Below are positions 23,457 through 37,698 of a DNA stretch of 64,000 nt, in pieces. Source of the DNA: Camelus dromedarius (lineage: Eukaryota); NCBI RefSeq assembly GCF_036321535.1, contig NC_087439.1, forward strand, positions 13,888,001-13,952,000, given 5' to 3'. Every line of letters begins with the position of its first letter. Position 1 is the stretch's first letter. The notes beneath the pieces were generated by a model that worked only from the letters and a program-made list of their open reading frames with translations, did not search any database and was not told where the DNA came from. A program made the translations under genes and the position numbers.

Positions 23457-23680
23457 CAGGGTCGTTCAACTTTGGCACTACTGACATTTAAGATCGGCTA
23501 TTTCCTTGTTGTGGAGGATTGCCCTGACATTGTACGGTGATTACCAGCATCCCTCACCTCTATGGATAAGATGCCAGTAGCAGCCCCTTCCCTTTGTTGT
23601 GACAACCAAAAATGTCTCCAGGCATTATCCAAAGTCCCCTGGAGGGGAAGGGCAAAATCACCCCCTGCTGAGAACTACTG
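23457..23680 (-). mobile_element. MER20 hAT-Charlie element, near full length
   Basis: ttgtgacaaccaaaaatgtctccaggcatt...gggcaaaatcaccccctgctgagaactactg is the reverse of MER20. Confidence 0.9.
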
Positions 23681-25291
23681 ATTTTGAGATAATTTCATTT
23701 TTTGCATGTGTATGCTCCATGAATGAAATCATTTAATTTCTCACACCTTTAAAAGGCAATTTGTGATTTGCTGTAAGAAAGACCTCTGCTAAGTGTGCCT
23801 GGGGTTATAAAGCTCTTTAATGTGTAGTCCCTGTCTTCAAGAAGACTGTGATATTGTGTGAGACATAGGTAAGTAAGCTTCTGAAATCCAGTGGAAAACA
23901 GGTATTACAGGGCTCAGCCAGGAGTCAGCAGGAATCAGGGAGGGGAATTGGTTCATGGAGACTTTTAAGAATTACTGAGTGTAAATTGTGTCATAAAGGA
24001 CAGGAGTGAGTCCACAGGATTAGGAAGGTGGAGAGGAAGAAACACCAGGCTGAGGGAACAGAACAGGCTAAAGCCAAAGCTGCAGCACAACTATGGAAAC
24101 ATTAGGAGCACAGTTCTGTGAGATTCTGGTACATCCTGTACACCTATGGTTGCTCTAAAGGTTACGATGGTGCCAAACCACAGAGCAGCCTGAATGCTGG
24201 GTGAAAGTTTGTACCCCACGTTTTCAGACATTGACAGCTTTAAGTTGTTTATGAGCAGGTGAGTGATTAGGAAATTATTTAGGGAAATAATTGGTGGCAA
24301 TAAAAGAATGGAAGGTGGAAATGGGAGACTGGAGGCAGAAGGATAATTCAAATATCCTTGGTAGGGACGGTAGTGGTCAAAGTGGAGTCACTGTTCCCAG
24401 CGGATGACTTCCTGCTTATGTTGAAAGCACCTGAAAATTCTAATGCCAATGTTCAGTCGTGTCTCTCACTTGCAGCCTTTTAGTCATCACTCCCCAGTCA
24501 GTCATTGCAGTTTTTAACACTAGTTTCATACCCTTCAAATCATATGCAGTTCTTATCTTTTGCCCTGCCCTAATAGAATCTGAATATTCAGATAAACACA
24601 TCCTCGACTCCTTTTGGCTCCTGGTGGTCCATTAACCACACTCCAGCTTCATCATATGTCCTGGTCCAATACTGGCTTTAAAATTTGTGTGCTATCTTTG
24701 CCTTTTGCTTCACCAGGAAAAGATTTCAATTTTTAACCATGCAAGCTTATCAATTTCTTAAATAATTTATATTAAGGTAAACTAAATATATATTATTAAA
24801 GTGAATTTAATGTAATATTACTTTGGAAATAAATGACAAAAATATTTTGCAGTGATTTAGAGTCCTTATTAGAGACCGATACTATTATTTTTCAATTAGT
24901 TATAAAGTTCTGTCATACAGATAGTATTAAATCATATAACTATGTGCATAATACTTTTTTAACAAGCCATCTTAAACTCCATCATATACATAAGATGACA
25001 CAAGATATTTAATTTTTTTCAATAAATAAAACTGTTTGAAATATTTAAGCCATATTGCATTAATGAATATGGCTCCACTGAATTTGAAATTCTCCCTTTT
25101 AAGCAACATGGTACATTTCACTCTATGAAACATTTTTGAGGAATTATTCTTTGAAGACTTTAAGTATAAACTTACAAATAAAAAGTCCCTATTTTCATTT
25201 ATAAAACTTAGATTATTTTGGTAAGATGAAAGAATATAAGCAGACAAAAAAAATCAGAGTATTTTGGTTTTATATTGAGAATAGATAAAGT

Positions 25292-25429
25292 GGGGGAGGA
25301 TATAGCTCAGTGGTAGAGTGCATGCTTAGCATGCACAAGGTGCTGGGTTCAATCCCCAGTACTGCCATATAAATACATAAATACATACATACATAATTAC
25401 CTCCTCCTACCAAAAAAAAATTATTAAAT
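25292..25429 (+). mobile_element. Vic-1-type tRNA-Ala-derived SINE
   Basis: A box tagctcagtgg, catgcttagcatgca anticodon-like arm, B box gttcaatcc, A-rich tail; perfect 14-bp TSD agaatagataaagt (25278-25291 / 25430-25443). Confidence 0.92.
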
Positions 25430-25449
25430 AGAATAGATAAAGTAAAAAC

Positions 25450-25780
25450 GAGAGCCAATAATAAGTGTTACCAAGGATGTAAAGCAACTGCAACCTTCAT
25501 GCACTTCTGGTGGGAGAATGAATTGGAGTATAATCACTTTGTAAACCTCTGTAACAGTTTTTACCAAAATAAAACATATGTATAACTGTAAAACTCAGCA
25601 ACTCCATCCAAGGGATATACCTAACAGAAATGTATATGGATATGTGTCCAATATATGGATATATATTGGAAACCAATATATCAAGGAACATATACAAGAA
25701 TGCCCATAGCAGTACTAATTGTAATAGTTCATAACGATGTGGCAAGTCATGACAGTGATTTTTCTTGGAGGGGAATAGGC
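25450..25780 (+). mobile_element. Old L1 (L1MC/ME-type) 3' region, resumes ~26402-26470
   Basis: aagtgttaccaaggatgtaaagcaactgcaacc...gcaactccatccaagggatatacctaacagaaatg. Confidence 0.7.
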
Positions 25781-25783
25781 TGG

Positions 25784-26401
25784 TGAAACTGAGTAGGACT
25801 CTGTGGGGCCCTCTGTGTATAAAAGCCCTTCTGTGTCCCTTGTTTCTTGTTTGTAGGAAAAGGCTTTAGTCTCCTAGGCCTTCCCTGAGTTACAAAGAAC
25901 AGACTCAAGCAATTACTAATTAGGGAAGTGAGGGAATGCACAAACAGAGGAAAAGCAGTGAAGAAACAATAGTTCAGAGGTTATTAAAATAGAGTCCCAG
26001 TTTCTCCTCAAGGAAATACATAATGATCTGACTCGTATCTTTGAGTTTTTCTGTAGAAACTAAGACCCCCACCCAGGTGGAGGAAGGCAACTACATGCTG
26101 TAGACCCCAGCTGACTGGAACAAGAAAGACTGATCGTTAAGATTCCTGAAACATCACTCTACTACCTCATCACCAAGCAATCAGAAGAAAGTCCATGAGC
26201 TGCAACCCTCATCTCAAATATTGTCTTTAAAAATTCTTCCCTGAAAGCCATAGGGGAGTTCAGATCTTTTGAGCATGAGCTGCCCATTCTTGCTTGACAC
26301 CCTGCAAATAAACGCTACACATTCCTTCACCACAATCCAGCGTCACTAGATTGGCTTTGCTGTGTGGTGGGTAAGCAGACCTAAGGATTGGTTTGGTAAC
26401 A
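25784..26401 (+). mobile_element. ERV1-class solo LTR
   Basis: TG...TAACA ends, TATA-like tttaaaaa at 26226, AATAAA at 26307; interrupts an L1 3' UTR; family not identified, no clean TSD. Confidence 0.7.
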
Positions 26402-29400
26402 CTAATAAAGAGCAAAACAGTGGTCTTCTGGGATATAAATGATGCCCTGGTTCTCCTCTGGGTACTGAGAAAATGGGTGTGTTCACAAGAATCAGCTCTG
26501 CATATTTGCTGTGTGTAAGTTAAACTTAACGAAGAAGGAAAAAAAATGTTATGCAGGATTTTAATCAGTAATCATAGTTCATTGAAAATGCTAAAATAAA
26601 GATTATCAATATTTTGCTGAAAGCCACAGTGCATCATTCAGCTTTATAAAAATTCTGTTTCTTTAATTTGCCTGTATGTAATAAATTCTGAGTGCCCATT
26701 TATATAATGCAAAGTAAGGCTATGAGCACAAGTTAAATAGTTTGATTATCTCTGACATTTTGGCTTTGAATAAATCTGTCTGTGGGTTATAGAGCACTGC
26801 TTTCATTTCTCTGCAGGACCATCTCTGGGAAAGAACAACTCACTCAAATCATTCATGTCACCTTTGCACCAGTACCTGACATTCTAGAGATAGAATCACT
26901 ATCAGAGAACTTTCATCCCCTGACATTTGCAATTATTCATATCAGGAAGTCCTTTCAAAGAGTTCTTATTTCTTAAAACCTTTATGGAACATTATGCATT
27001 CTCAAAGAAATGAAATATGTCCCTTTGTCTTAAATTCATAATTATGTAAGCCACTCTTCAGTTCCAAAGCCCTTTTATCCATGATTTTTTAAGAGAAAAA
27101 TGGATACCAGATAAAAGTTAGCAAAGAGATAACTGAAAACCAACTCCAATCAATGAAATCTAACAGCAGACTATCTCTTGGCGACATCAGTCCCTAAAAC
27201 TCATTTAGGGTAAGAGAAGACCTTATGAGAAATAGATCATTTTGATAATTAAAAAATAAATTAAAAATACATATGGGCCACAAGTAATAAATTGGGACCC
27301 ATAGAAGACAGTTATCAACATTTGTTATATTATTAAAAAACCCTTTATGTACTGATTTATATGTGTCAGAATGCTGGAGGGTGGTATTGTCTATTCACTG
27401 TGTATTAATATTTTCCTCTATTCCTTTTTCTCCTTATTCACTGTTTCTTCACCACCCCATCTTCTTACTTTATTCCCCTTTTCCTAGTCCTTCATCACAA
27501 ATGAAATATACATCTGGCACCGTTTATATGCTAGATGCTGTGCTAAGATTTGGGGATATAAGGGGCAGATCTTATGCTCTAACGTTACTTTCTAATATAA
27601 GCACACACAAATTACTGCAGATGTGCTGGTAAAGAAAAATAAAACCAATGTATGAGGACATCAATTTAGGGGAAAATGTTACTGCTTAATATGTGTCATG
27701 GCAGCAGAACTTAAATGGGAAATAAAAACAACAGCAAAAATGCAGCAAATGGGATTTCCGTCAGAGGAACATGGGATCCAATCCTGGCAGTGCTCTTCGT
27801 GAGCCTGACGTAGCTGCCAGTTGCAGTATCCTAACTGTATTTTCCTGGGGCATCCTAAACAAATCCTACATTCAACAATGCCTTGCCCCTCATTGCTCCT
27901 GTTCATTTTCCAGTCCTGGAATTCCAACTTTCTTACTGTTTCTGAGAGCTTTCAGAAATCTTCTTAATGGATTCGTTTTCAGTTGAAATGAACCTGCGAC
28001 CATGCCTCTTGCTTACTTCCAGGAATCCTAATTGCCAGGTGGCACGCAACAGCTTAACCTTCAAACCCTCAAGGGTAAGAAAGTCCTTCACTGTCAATTA
28101 TGTTGGCAGCACGCTGAATTAACCCTTCTTTCTTCCCAGCTCTCATCCATCTCAGGATGAGCAAAAAGCATGGTGCATATGCACTTTAGTCTCTGATGTT
28201 AAAAAAATTTGTGTTTATATTTGTACTGTAACTCGTTGTATTTCAAATGGAGACTCCAAAATTTAAAAAAAAAAAAGAGAGAGAGAGATTCCATGACAGA
28301 GGGTTGAGGGAGAGTGGAATTCATTCTCATATGCTTATCAATGTGTCTATGCCTAATGCTTTCCAGTTTATGGGCATGTTGATAAGAAAACAAATTGAAA
28401 AATGCAGAAGGTGGAACCAGCCTTGGCTATCTCCCATGCACATTTTACCCACAATTCTGGACTCTTTATTCCACTTCATGCAATTTCAAGGCATCCCTGA
28501 CCACAAGTGAAAAATACAGGTCTTTTTTTTTCAATACAGATATACCCAAACATTTTTTTACTATATCTTCCCCAAATACTGGATATCAATAAAATAACCA
28601 TAAAAAAATCCAACTTGGTAATGAAATGTCTATGTCTAGAGTTAATTTGTTTATTCTAGTTAATGTCTTTATGAACTTAAATTAACTGAGTTCGTGATCA
28701 ACTGAGGAGGAGAGTCATTTAAATTAAAGCAGAATTTGGAACGCAGAACAAAAGGCACTTGACATACTTTCTTGCTGCTTCCTTCTTCTGCATGTGAGGT
28801 TCTATAGAAATGACTACCCATTGTGCTCCAGTGATCTGTCTGTTACAGTGGGGTATTACTAGACCCTATCTCCAACGTATGTAGAGCTACAACACAATAC
28901 AGCTAACAACTTTTTACTTTGTGGATGAAAGAATGTTAGAGAATGTTTTAAAGAGTCATCTCTGATTCTTACTTAGCATTTTGCATTTAGTGTTCGAAGT
29001 AGGCTATTCACTGCTTCTCTCCCTTCAGTTCTCCTTACTTGCATTCATCCAACAAAATGACAAAACAGACTCTGTCAGTGCTTCGACGGTGACATTGCCC
29101 AATTAAAGTTTTCTGTCACTCAGCATTCCATGAAGAATAAAAGCTAAATTCTTCACACTTAATTCTAAGCAAACTGTATTCTATAGGATTTACGTATTAA
29201 CTTGCCTATAAGGCAATATCTGCCTTAGTAAATCTCATCCAATTGCCATCTTATAGTACAGTTCTTGTCTGCATCTATTTTATTTGCTTCTTCCTTGGGG
29301 AGACACTGACACACAAAACAGAAAAATCTACCTTGTACAGAACAGTTACACAGAGTTCCTTGTGAAACAACACCTTTAAAAAATGCTAATGTCAGACGAT

Positions 29401-30959
29401 ACTGTACATTTCGTATTATTTAAAGATGCATGTAATTATATGTATTTACCACTTACGAAATATGTTTAAGTTTTTTAATGAAGAAAAGCTTTAAGATGAA
29501 AGAAGATGGTAAGCTAGGTGTAAGGGGGTATACACGGAGGCACGACGGTTCACTCATGTATTTACAATTTCACTCCACTCCTACTACATACCATGCCTAT
29601 GAGACAATGCCGACGAGGTCCTAGTCCCCATTGTTGATGAATTCACAGTTTAAAATGAGAAAGATAAGAAAAAAGCTAATTAATTAAAAATATGGTATTT
29701 CTAAGATATATTGATGCACAAAGTATTACTAGAATGTGAATGAAAGACACAAGACAGCTTGAATCTGATTGAAGAATAAGAGCGTCAGAAAAGGCTTCAG
29801 ATGAGGCATGACATTTTGATTGAACTTACAAGTTTCAGAAGAATCTCCTAGGAAGAGAAAGGTAAAACAAAATTCAAGTTGAGGAATTGGCATGAGAAAA
29901 GGTAGACTTAGGGGATCAGACATTGAAAACAACTATACAGGTAAAAAACAGAAAGGAAAGGGGGGAGAAATGACAAGGCAAAGAGATGTGTGTTAGACAG
30001 TGAATGGGGCCAGACTATACATAGGAAAGAATTACTGGAGAGCTGGAGAGAAGTGAAGGAAACATAGGGAGGTAAGAATAGGATGTTTCTTGACAATTAT
30101 TCATTTACTAGTTTGGATGATCATTCTAAAAATCAGCTCTATTTAAAAACTGACTAGAATAATATTGGTCCACTTGTGGAGATACAAAGATGGATAAAAT
30201 GTCTTGAAAAATTTTTAATCATGATTGTAGAATCTTTCATTTCATTTTGAATCCATTTAAATAATTACCCTCTATTCTTGGAGAAGCAGGAAGTGAAATG
30301 AGATCTCAGTGGTCTCAATGATACTATAGTATTAACAAGTAAAAATTGAACTGCCAAACACCTCTCCTGTATGGGTCTCCTGATTCTACAGGTATTAATA
30401 CAGTAAACAAATGATATGCCCTCTCTTAAAATTGCAGACAACTTTTCACATTAACTTTTGGTAGGAGGTGGGAATGTTTCCAAGTTTGATGCATATAATA
30501 TTCTAGTGTTAGAACAGACCAAACAGAGACTAATAGAAATAGGAAAGCAGACGTTCAGACAGATAGCAAGATGCTTTAATGGGAAAATCCAAATTAAATC
30601 TCCACTGATGGCTGAGTATCATAACTACTGAAGAAATATAAAGTGATTAGGAAGCAAATGAACAGTGTGATTTGAGGGGTCTACGGGATGTCACCAGTGC
30701 ATATACATTTCTGGGTTTATAAGTGAAGGATGGAATAAGAAAAGATGAAAAGAGACGATGGCTTGATTTAAACTTTCAAAACAGTGCCCTTGAATAAAAC
30801 TTTTCTGTGAATTTAAAGGTAATAAGAAGGGAACGGATGATGAAAAAGAGGAAGAGGGCAAAAAGGAGGAGGAGAATGAGATTTGAGGAAATACTCCCAG
30901 AATTTACTTCCTCAAAATCATTTAGGCTGCACAGACTGCAAGTCCGCTGTCCAGGATCC

Positions 30960-31560
30960 TGCATCACACAGTTCAAGCAATAGGAGGTCTTGCAATAGCC
31001 TTTGTTCTACCAAAGACTGTCAAGCTTTGTATGCATCACATCATTGCGGCAATTAAGTCTCCTTGCCCCAGGCTCAGTGATTGTCTTCCTCACATCCAAC
31101 TTATCAACAAAATCTCCCATGTCATTTATTCCTGTTTGCAGCTGTCATCCTTAGATTTTAACTACTGCCGCTAACAACTGACCTCCCACCACGTCATCAT
31201 CCCTATACTACTACTCAATACTCCCAGGCCCTTTACCGACTCTACCTTCCATACCCTTTTAATCTACATTTGAAAACTGGCACTCCAAAACCAACCAATT
31301 TCCCTCCATTTAGTTCCTTTTCTAAAGGTTCCTTCTCCCTCTTTGCCATGTCTGAACCCTGATCTTGCTTGAGGACATCATTACCCAGTGCCCTCTGTAA
31401 TAGTCATTAGAGACTATTAGAGACCTACTTATTATCTCGTATCTCAAAATGCTCATCATTCTCTTTTGTTCCTTTAGAACATCACTTTTCCACTCCATTA
31501 GAAAAAATCCTTTTCATACGAGGCTCATGCCAATCAGCTTTACCATTCTCTGCCTCATCA
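30960..31560 (+). mobile_element. L2 ORF2 5' (endonuclease-region) fragment
   Basis: Pyrimidine-rich; tctgaaccctgatcttgcttgaggacatc...gaggctcatgccaatcagc resembles L2. Confidence 0.45.
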
Positions 31561-31659
31561 ACGTAGAAAAGTAATACTCTAAAACACTAGGTCTAAAAAC
31601 ACTAGTTCTAATAGGCATTATTTGAAAAAAAAAAAAAAGAAGAGTTCCATGGTCTAGTG

Positions 31660-32032
31660 TGGGGTTCAGTAAATTACGGTGTATGAGTAAATTCTAGCCC
31701 GCCCCTGCTTCTGTATGACCCATGGGCTAAGAATGGTTTTTGCAGATCAAAATCTGTAATGAATTTGTTAAGCGGGAACACTTACTTGGAACGCTCATTT
31801 AAAAGTTATCCCACTAAAAAGAATTTCATTTTTTTTCAGTGGTAGGTAAGTATTATGAAACATCGACTTAAACATTATTCTATTTTGGATTAACTCAATA
31901 AAATGTTATGGCAATTTGTTTTCGGTCTTGTTATATAAAAACTTATGTAATACTCTTGATTTTGCCTCTTGTTCTGCAAAACCAAAAATATTTACTGTCT
32001 AGCCCTTTACAGAAAAAGTTTGCTGACCCTTG
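31660..32032 (+). mobile_element. MER58-family hAT-Charlie element (MER58D-like)
   Basis: gggctaagaatggttttt...aaaatatttactgtctagccctttacagaaaaagtttgctgacccttg; 8-bp TSD gtctagtg / gtctaggg. Confidence 0.88.
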
Positions 32033-33519
32033 GTCTAGGGTAAACAACAAAGAAACACTGAATTAAACAATATTAGATAGTTTCTCCCTTACTTCTTCCC
32101 TCCCTCCCTCCTTTCTTCCTTCCTTGCTTCCTTTCAATTCAAGATCCTTCAAAGTTTTTGCTAATTTCATTGTGAAACACTGAGATCCATGAGATTATAT
32201 AACATTTCCTAAATACATTTGACCATAATTTTTTAAAAATCAGAATATCTTGCAGGCCAAATGTTTTAAGAAAAACTTAAAAAATGCATTTTAGAATATG
32301 TCCTGTATCTGTCCTGTATAAAAAATTAACTGGTATGTGGATCATTATTTGTGTCCTTAAGGACCTATTATTTTCAGTTGTCAAACTGCATAACACTTCT
32401 CTAAGATATGGGTCAACTTTTTGTCAGCAAAGTTCAGAAACAATAACAAAACTCATCTTGAGAAATTAAACATTAAGGATTGACTGGAATTGACTGATTT
32501 AAGCAGTATTTCCATATTTTTCTTAAAAACAAGGTTTACAATCCCACCAAATATTTAGCCACCATAGCCTTCCAGGCCAACCAAACCAAACTTACTCTGT
32601 CCCAGAAGACCCTTTATTTTTGTTCATCTTTTAGATTTTCTGATCCAACAAGTCAAACATCCAGAGCAAATTTATCAAATATTCCCCAAAAGTCTTTTCA
32701 AATAACTTTTTTTTTCTTTCATAAAGTCTCTTTTTATTTTCTGGGAGTAAACACACATCACTTTCAAACCCCAAATTAAAAAAAAAACAAAAAAACGTGA
32801 TTCCAATAAAAAACCCCCACTATTTCTCTTATTTAAAAATATATATGCATTCAACTAGCCTTATCTGTATGTTATTGTGCTGTAACTATTGCAGATTTGC
32901 CCAAAGCATTTCTAGATTTATCATCTTTTGCTTCTAGAGTTTAAATATCTCAGCATATCTTTAATTTCACTCCAAATGAATTCTCTAGTGACTAACATAG
33001 CAAATTCTAAAGACAAACTTCTTGTTCTTTAAAAATTCAAGGTGCTTTTTTTTTTTTACAGGAAGTTTTCCACATTTTACTAACTAAAGTACCGAAGGTC
33101 ATGACCTTTGGGAGTAATACACGTTACCTGAACTGAATTCATGCTAACTGAATCACTTAATAAATATTTCATTAGCTATATGATTAAAACTGGATCAGCT
33201 ACCAAGAGAGTATATACTGGTTTTAGAAATAAGACCAAAAAGAACCAAAATCTCAAATGTTTACAAGGATTTAGAGAAAAGTTGAAACAATTATATATTA
33301 CTAATCATTTAGGAGGCACTTTCAGAAAGACTTGCTTCAACTTTTCAAATGTATTGGGAACAAAAATGTTTTAAAAAGTGAACATTTTCTTATGAATGCA
33401 TGATTCTACCTATTGTTTGACTGATGGGAATAAACCACTATAAACCTTTAAATTCTAAAATTACTTAATTGACAATCTGATTTTTACTAGTCAGTGAAGT
33501 GCCTTGTATAAGTTATCAT

Positions 33520-35070
33520 TAGGGAAATTGAGCAGCTCATGTAAAATATACAAATATTGTAAATGCACAGTTCTCTTACTCCTCCACCATTTTTATTGTT
33601 AATAATTGTCAACAATTTTGTCAAAATTTTATTAATAGTTGTCAACAGCATCACATATACATACATTATAAGCTCTCAAAGAATATCATTTTTACTTTTA
33701 ACAGTGGCATGTGTTATACAGAAATTAAGAAAGAATTTAGTGCTTAATATTTATGCATATATTTAACATTTCCAATATTCTTCTTTCACTCCTGAAGATC
33801 TGAGTTTCCCTCTGGTGTCATTTTTATTCAAACTGAAGAACAATTCTTAAGCATAGGTCTAGTGGAGGTAAATTCCCTTATTTTCCTTTATCTGATACTG
33901 TTTTATTTCACCTTGATTCTCCAGGTTTCTGACCAGATGCTTGTAAGCATTATCATCATTGCCCCTTTGCATGTTATTTGTTGCAGTGTTTCTCTGGCAG
34001 CTTCAACATTTTCTCTTTATCTTAAGATTTCAATAGTTTGACTAACATGTACCCAGGAGTGGTATTCTCGGATTTCACCTTTTTTGGGGGGGAGGGGGAG
34101 TTACTGAACATCTTGAATATGTAAATTTATGTCTTTAATTGAATTTTAGAATTTCTAATTATCATTTCTTCAAATATTTTTCCCATCCCATTCTATCCTC
34201 TCCTTTTAAAATTCCCATTACCATAATGTTTGACTTTTTGCAGTTTTCCTGCTGGTTTTGTGGGGCTCTGTTTTTTTCTTTTTTTTTAACCTTCTCACTA
34301 TTTTTCAGATTAAATGATATGTATTGATCTGTGTATCACTGCTCTGTCATTTTAATCATGCTTTGAATCTTATCCAGTTACTGTTTTATTTTAGATATTG
34401 TTTAGCAACTCTAAAAGTGTCCATTTTGTTCTTTTTAAGATTTTTGTACATACGCATATAAATTATTATATGTCTATATCTATATATATGATAAGTAGCT
34501 AAATAAACACATAGAAGAACGGGATAAATAGGTTTTATATATTTTATATATACACACACACACATTTACACTTATATATATTTCTATGCTGATACATCCT
34601 GTCTTTTCTTTTCTTTATGCATTTGTTTTCGTGACTCTCCCAGAACACAGAAAGCAACTTTAAGGACCTTGCTTGAACATTCTTGCGTCTGGAGTTCAGG
34701 TTCAGTCAGACTTAGCTGACTTTATTCCCACAGCTGACTATCCTCTCTTCTGACTCTCAGGGTCTCCCCCTTCCTCTCTGGCGCTCATGGTCACCCAGGG
34801 ACTCTTCCTCTTGCTCCTATCTGAAAGGCAGCGGGGTTTTACTTTCAAAGATTCAGCTCCCGACACGTTCACTTCTTCCTCAAATATCACTGGCCTTAGG
34901 ATAGAACCCCAAACAAAACACGCAGAATGATGGGTTTAAACCTTGTAAGTCACGTTGCTATTAATTTTTACTTCCTTCCAAAATCTGCCTGCTTTTGTTA
35001 TGGCTCTCGAATCCTTGAGTAGTTTCTTTCTCTTTTTTTTATTTTTTAAATATATTGGCCAGAGTTTATA
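33520..35070 (-). mobile_element. Old L1 (L1MD/ME-type) 5' region, fragmented
   Basis: gatctgagtttccctctggtgtcattttt...gaagaac, aagatttcaatagtttgacta, ctgcctgcttttg...ggccagagtttatagttg typical of reverse L1M 5' end/ORF1. Confidence 0.7.
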
Positions 35071-35695
35071 GTTGAATTTGCATGAAGATTGCTTTGCTAG
35101 CAGCTCAATCTTCCATATCAGATTTGAGAAACCATTTATTCAACTCTAGTCAAAGTTCTTTTAATTGGAGAATGCCCTGGAAATGGAAGGTTATTTTCCA
35201 GGATAAGATTTATCATATTCTTGGTGTAATATTTTCTTTTCCTTTTCAAATTGAATTTCTTGATATCAGGTAAATAACATCATTTCAAAAAGCAACAGTA
35301 CTTTAAATTTGAGGACAACCCTAGTTCTAACGATTCACTTAAAGATCTGATATATTAATAGATATTTGTCACTATGCTTTCAGGGACAGGATAAGGATTT
35401 CTTTTTAGAGCCATAAAACCGGTTAGAAGGTAATCTAAGTTTTCTGAGGGAAAGTTATTTTGGAAGTTATTCAATTTCGATAACATGGAGAAAAGTCTAA
35501 GAAATTAGTGAACAAGATTTTTTAAATGAACAGCCAAACTTGGCTATGTTCATTCCCACTTTCTTGTTTACTTCTGGGACATAAAATGTAATTCTTTAGA
35601 TAATTTTGAATGGATAAAGATTTGGGGGCCAATTTTTAATATAATTATCTTCATCCTATTTTTCATATTGGGACACATTACAAACAAGCAAGATG

Positions 35696-36115
35696 CAGGT
35701 ATCCCCTTTGAAAATTCGCTTTATGCCACTTTACTTTTACAGAAGACCTACTACATTGGTACCCGTTTTCACTAACTGAAAGAAATCCAAAGAGAATTTT
35801 TGTTTTGACAAAAACCAGCGGAACACTCAAATAGCGTTCAGCTTTTGTGTTGCAGCGAGGACACCACAGAGGCAGTGCACACTGCAATCAGCGAGAGTGG
35901 CACCACCACGATCCTTCCCCGGGGAACTACACCCAGAACGTGAGCACCAGGCCACCACAGCTCTGAACTCTGTGAGCATCTGTGCTTTATCTCGACTTGT
36001 TCTGTGCATCCATTAGCATGATGTGTCCTCTGGTAATTGCTTCTTCATTTATGCCATTTCGGCTCATAAAAGGTTTCATAGGAATGCTCTGCTTTGGAAT
36101 AGTGGGGGAAGCCTA
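35696..36115. mobile_element. Non-autonomous TcMar-Tigger-type element with TIRs
   Basis: caggtatcccctttgaaa...ttggaatagtgggggaagccta imperfect TIRs, TA on the right flank; family not assigned. Confidence 0.75.
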
Positions 36116-37059
36116 TAGTGACCAAAATCTTTTAACATTCATCTTCAACATCAGTGATCTTTTTCTAACAAGTAGAATTGAAGATTCATGCCATGGTTGT
36201 TTTTCATTTGGCTTTAAATACATAATTCTTTTATGCCCCTCATTCCTCCTCAAACTAAGTTCTCATCTAACAATTAAAACAATATAATGACATCAAATAT
36301 TTTTTAAAGACTAAATTACCTATTACACTGCTACTCTAAACCAGTAGTTACTTTTTACTTTAATATATCCCCTTGATACCTTTGTCCCTGGTGATGTTTT
36401 GTTTTTGTAGCAAGGGTGAAATCTCATTTTATATGACCATTGCTGACATATAATTCATACATACGAATTTCTTTTTCTCTACTTAGGAAGTTTCTGATGG
36501 GCTTTAGTTTCCGTATGTTGGGTTAAAAGTAATCAATTTTGTTCTTTAAACTTTGTTTTGTTATTCATAACAATTTTTAAAATAGATTTTATTTAAAATA
36601 TAAGACATGCTCATGAAAAAATATTAAATTAAATAATACGAAAAATCTCCCTCAAACCCCAGCTCTCTCCCAGGGGACAACTACTCTTAACAATGTATTG
36701 TGAATTCTGGAAATATTTAAGTTGTACATACACAGTTGTTTTTGTTTTGCTTGTTAAAGTAATGAGAGCACATTAATTACATACATTGACTTTCATTAAA
36801 GGATGGTATTACATAAATGCACATGTAGAAGAATCATATTAATTTTAATGACAATATTTTCTTGCTTTATGTATTTCTTAATTTCTTTTACTAGTCTCAT
36901 AATGATGATTTAAGTTGATTCTATTCTTTTTTTTTCCTTTTAAATTATAATGTTCCAGTGAATTTTATTTTTATGTCTTCAACATATGTACAATAAATCT
37001 ACAAGATACACCCTATATTTGGAATTGCTAGATATACAATACTATATTTCTTATTGTAT

Positions 37060-37320
37060 ATATTCTTAGTCCAATAAAAATGCATGTGTGTGTATAATTT
37101 CTGTTTACTTTTTATTTCTAACTTAATTCCTTTGGGGTCAAGGAACATACTCTGCTTGATTCCCATTCCTGTATACTTACTGAGATTTGTTTTATGGCCC
37201 AGTGTGTGCATTTAAAAGTGCCTTGTATTCTGTAATTGTTGGGTACAGTGCTCTGTAAATGTCAATTGTGTCTTGTTGGTTGATTGTGTTGATCAAATCT
37301 TTTATATCCTTACTGATTTC
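37060..37320 (-). mobile_element. L1 ORF2 endonuclease fragment
   Basis: ORF 36999..37211 HTLGHKTNLSKYTGMGIKQSMFLDPKGIKLEI resembles L1 EN HILGHKTSLNKFKRIEIIQSMFSDHNGIKLEI. Confidence 0.8.
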
Positions 37321-37567
37321 CTATATATTTGTTATATGTTTCACTGTAAAGCAAGAGTTGAAGCATATACTTGCTTTCAATCTTTTCCTGACTCTGGGAA
37401 TTACTACTTCATGTTCCTTAGAGACTACAGTTTAGGCTGTGGTTGATTCGTAGTATCATAAAATATACAGTTTCTTTTCACATTTTCAGTTTCTTTGTTG
37501 TTTCTAAGGAGGAGCAAGGGGAGAGCTCCTCTACGACATCATCTAAAGGATGTCTGGAGTTCTTTCT

Positions 37568-37698
37568 TTCTTTTTTTTTTTTTTTTAAGGGGAGGTAATT
37601 GGGTTTATTTATTTTTGGAGGAGGCACTGGGGATTGAACCCAGGAACTCATGCATGCTAAGCATGCGCTCTACCACTTGAGCTATGCCCAACTCCCCA
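37568..37698 (-). mobile_element. Vic-1-type SINE
   Basis: Reverse tRNA-Ala head plus T tail; 11-bp TSD gagttctttct (37557-37567 / 37699-37709). Confidence 0.92.

Noticed and set aside
25292-25365. tRNA-Ala(AGC) gene call (also at 37620-37698 and 41370-41443)
   Set aside because: Each head is followed by the SINE body and A tail and bounded by TSDs; these are SINEs, not tRNA genes.
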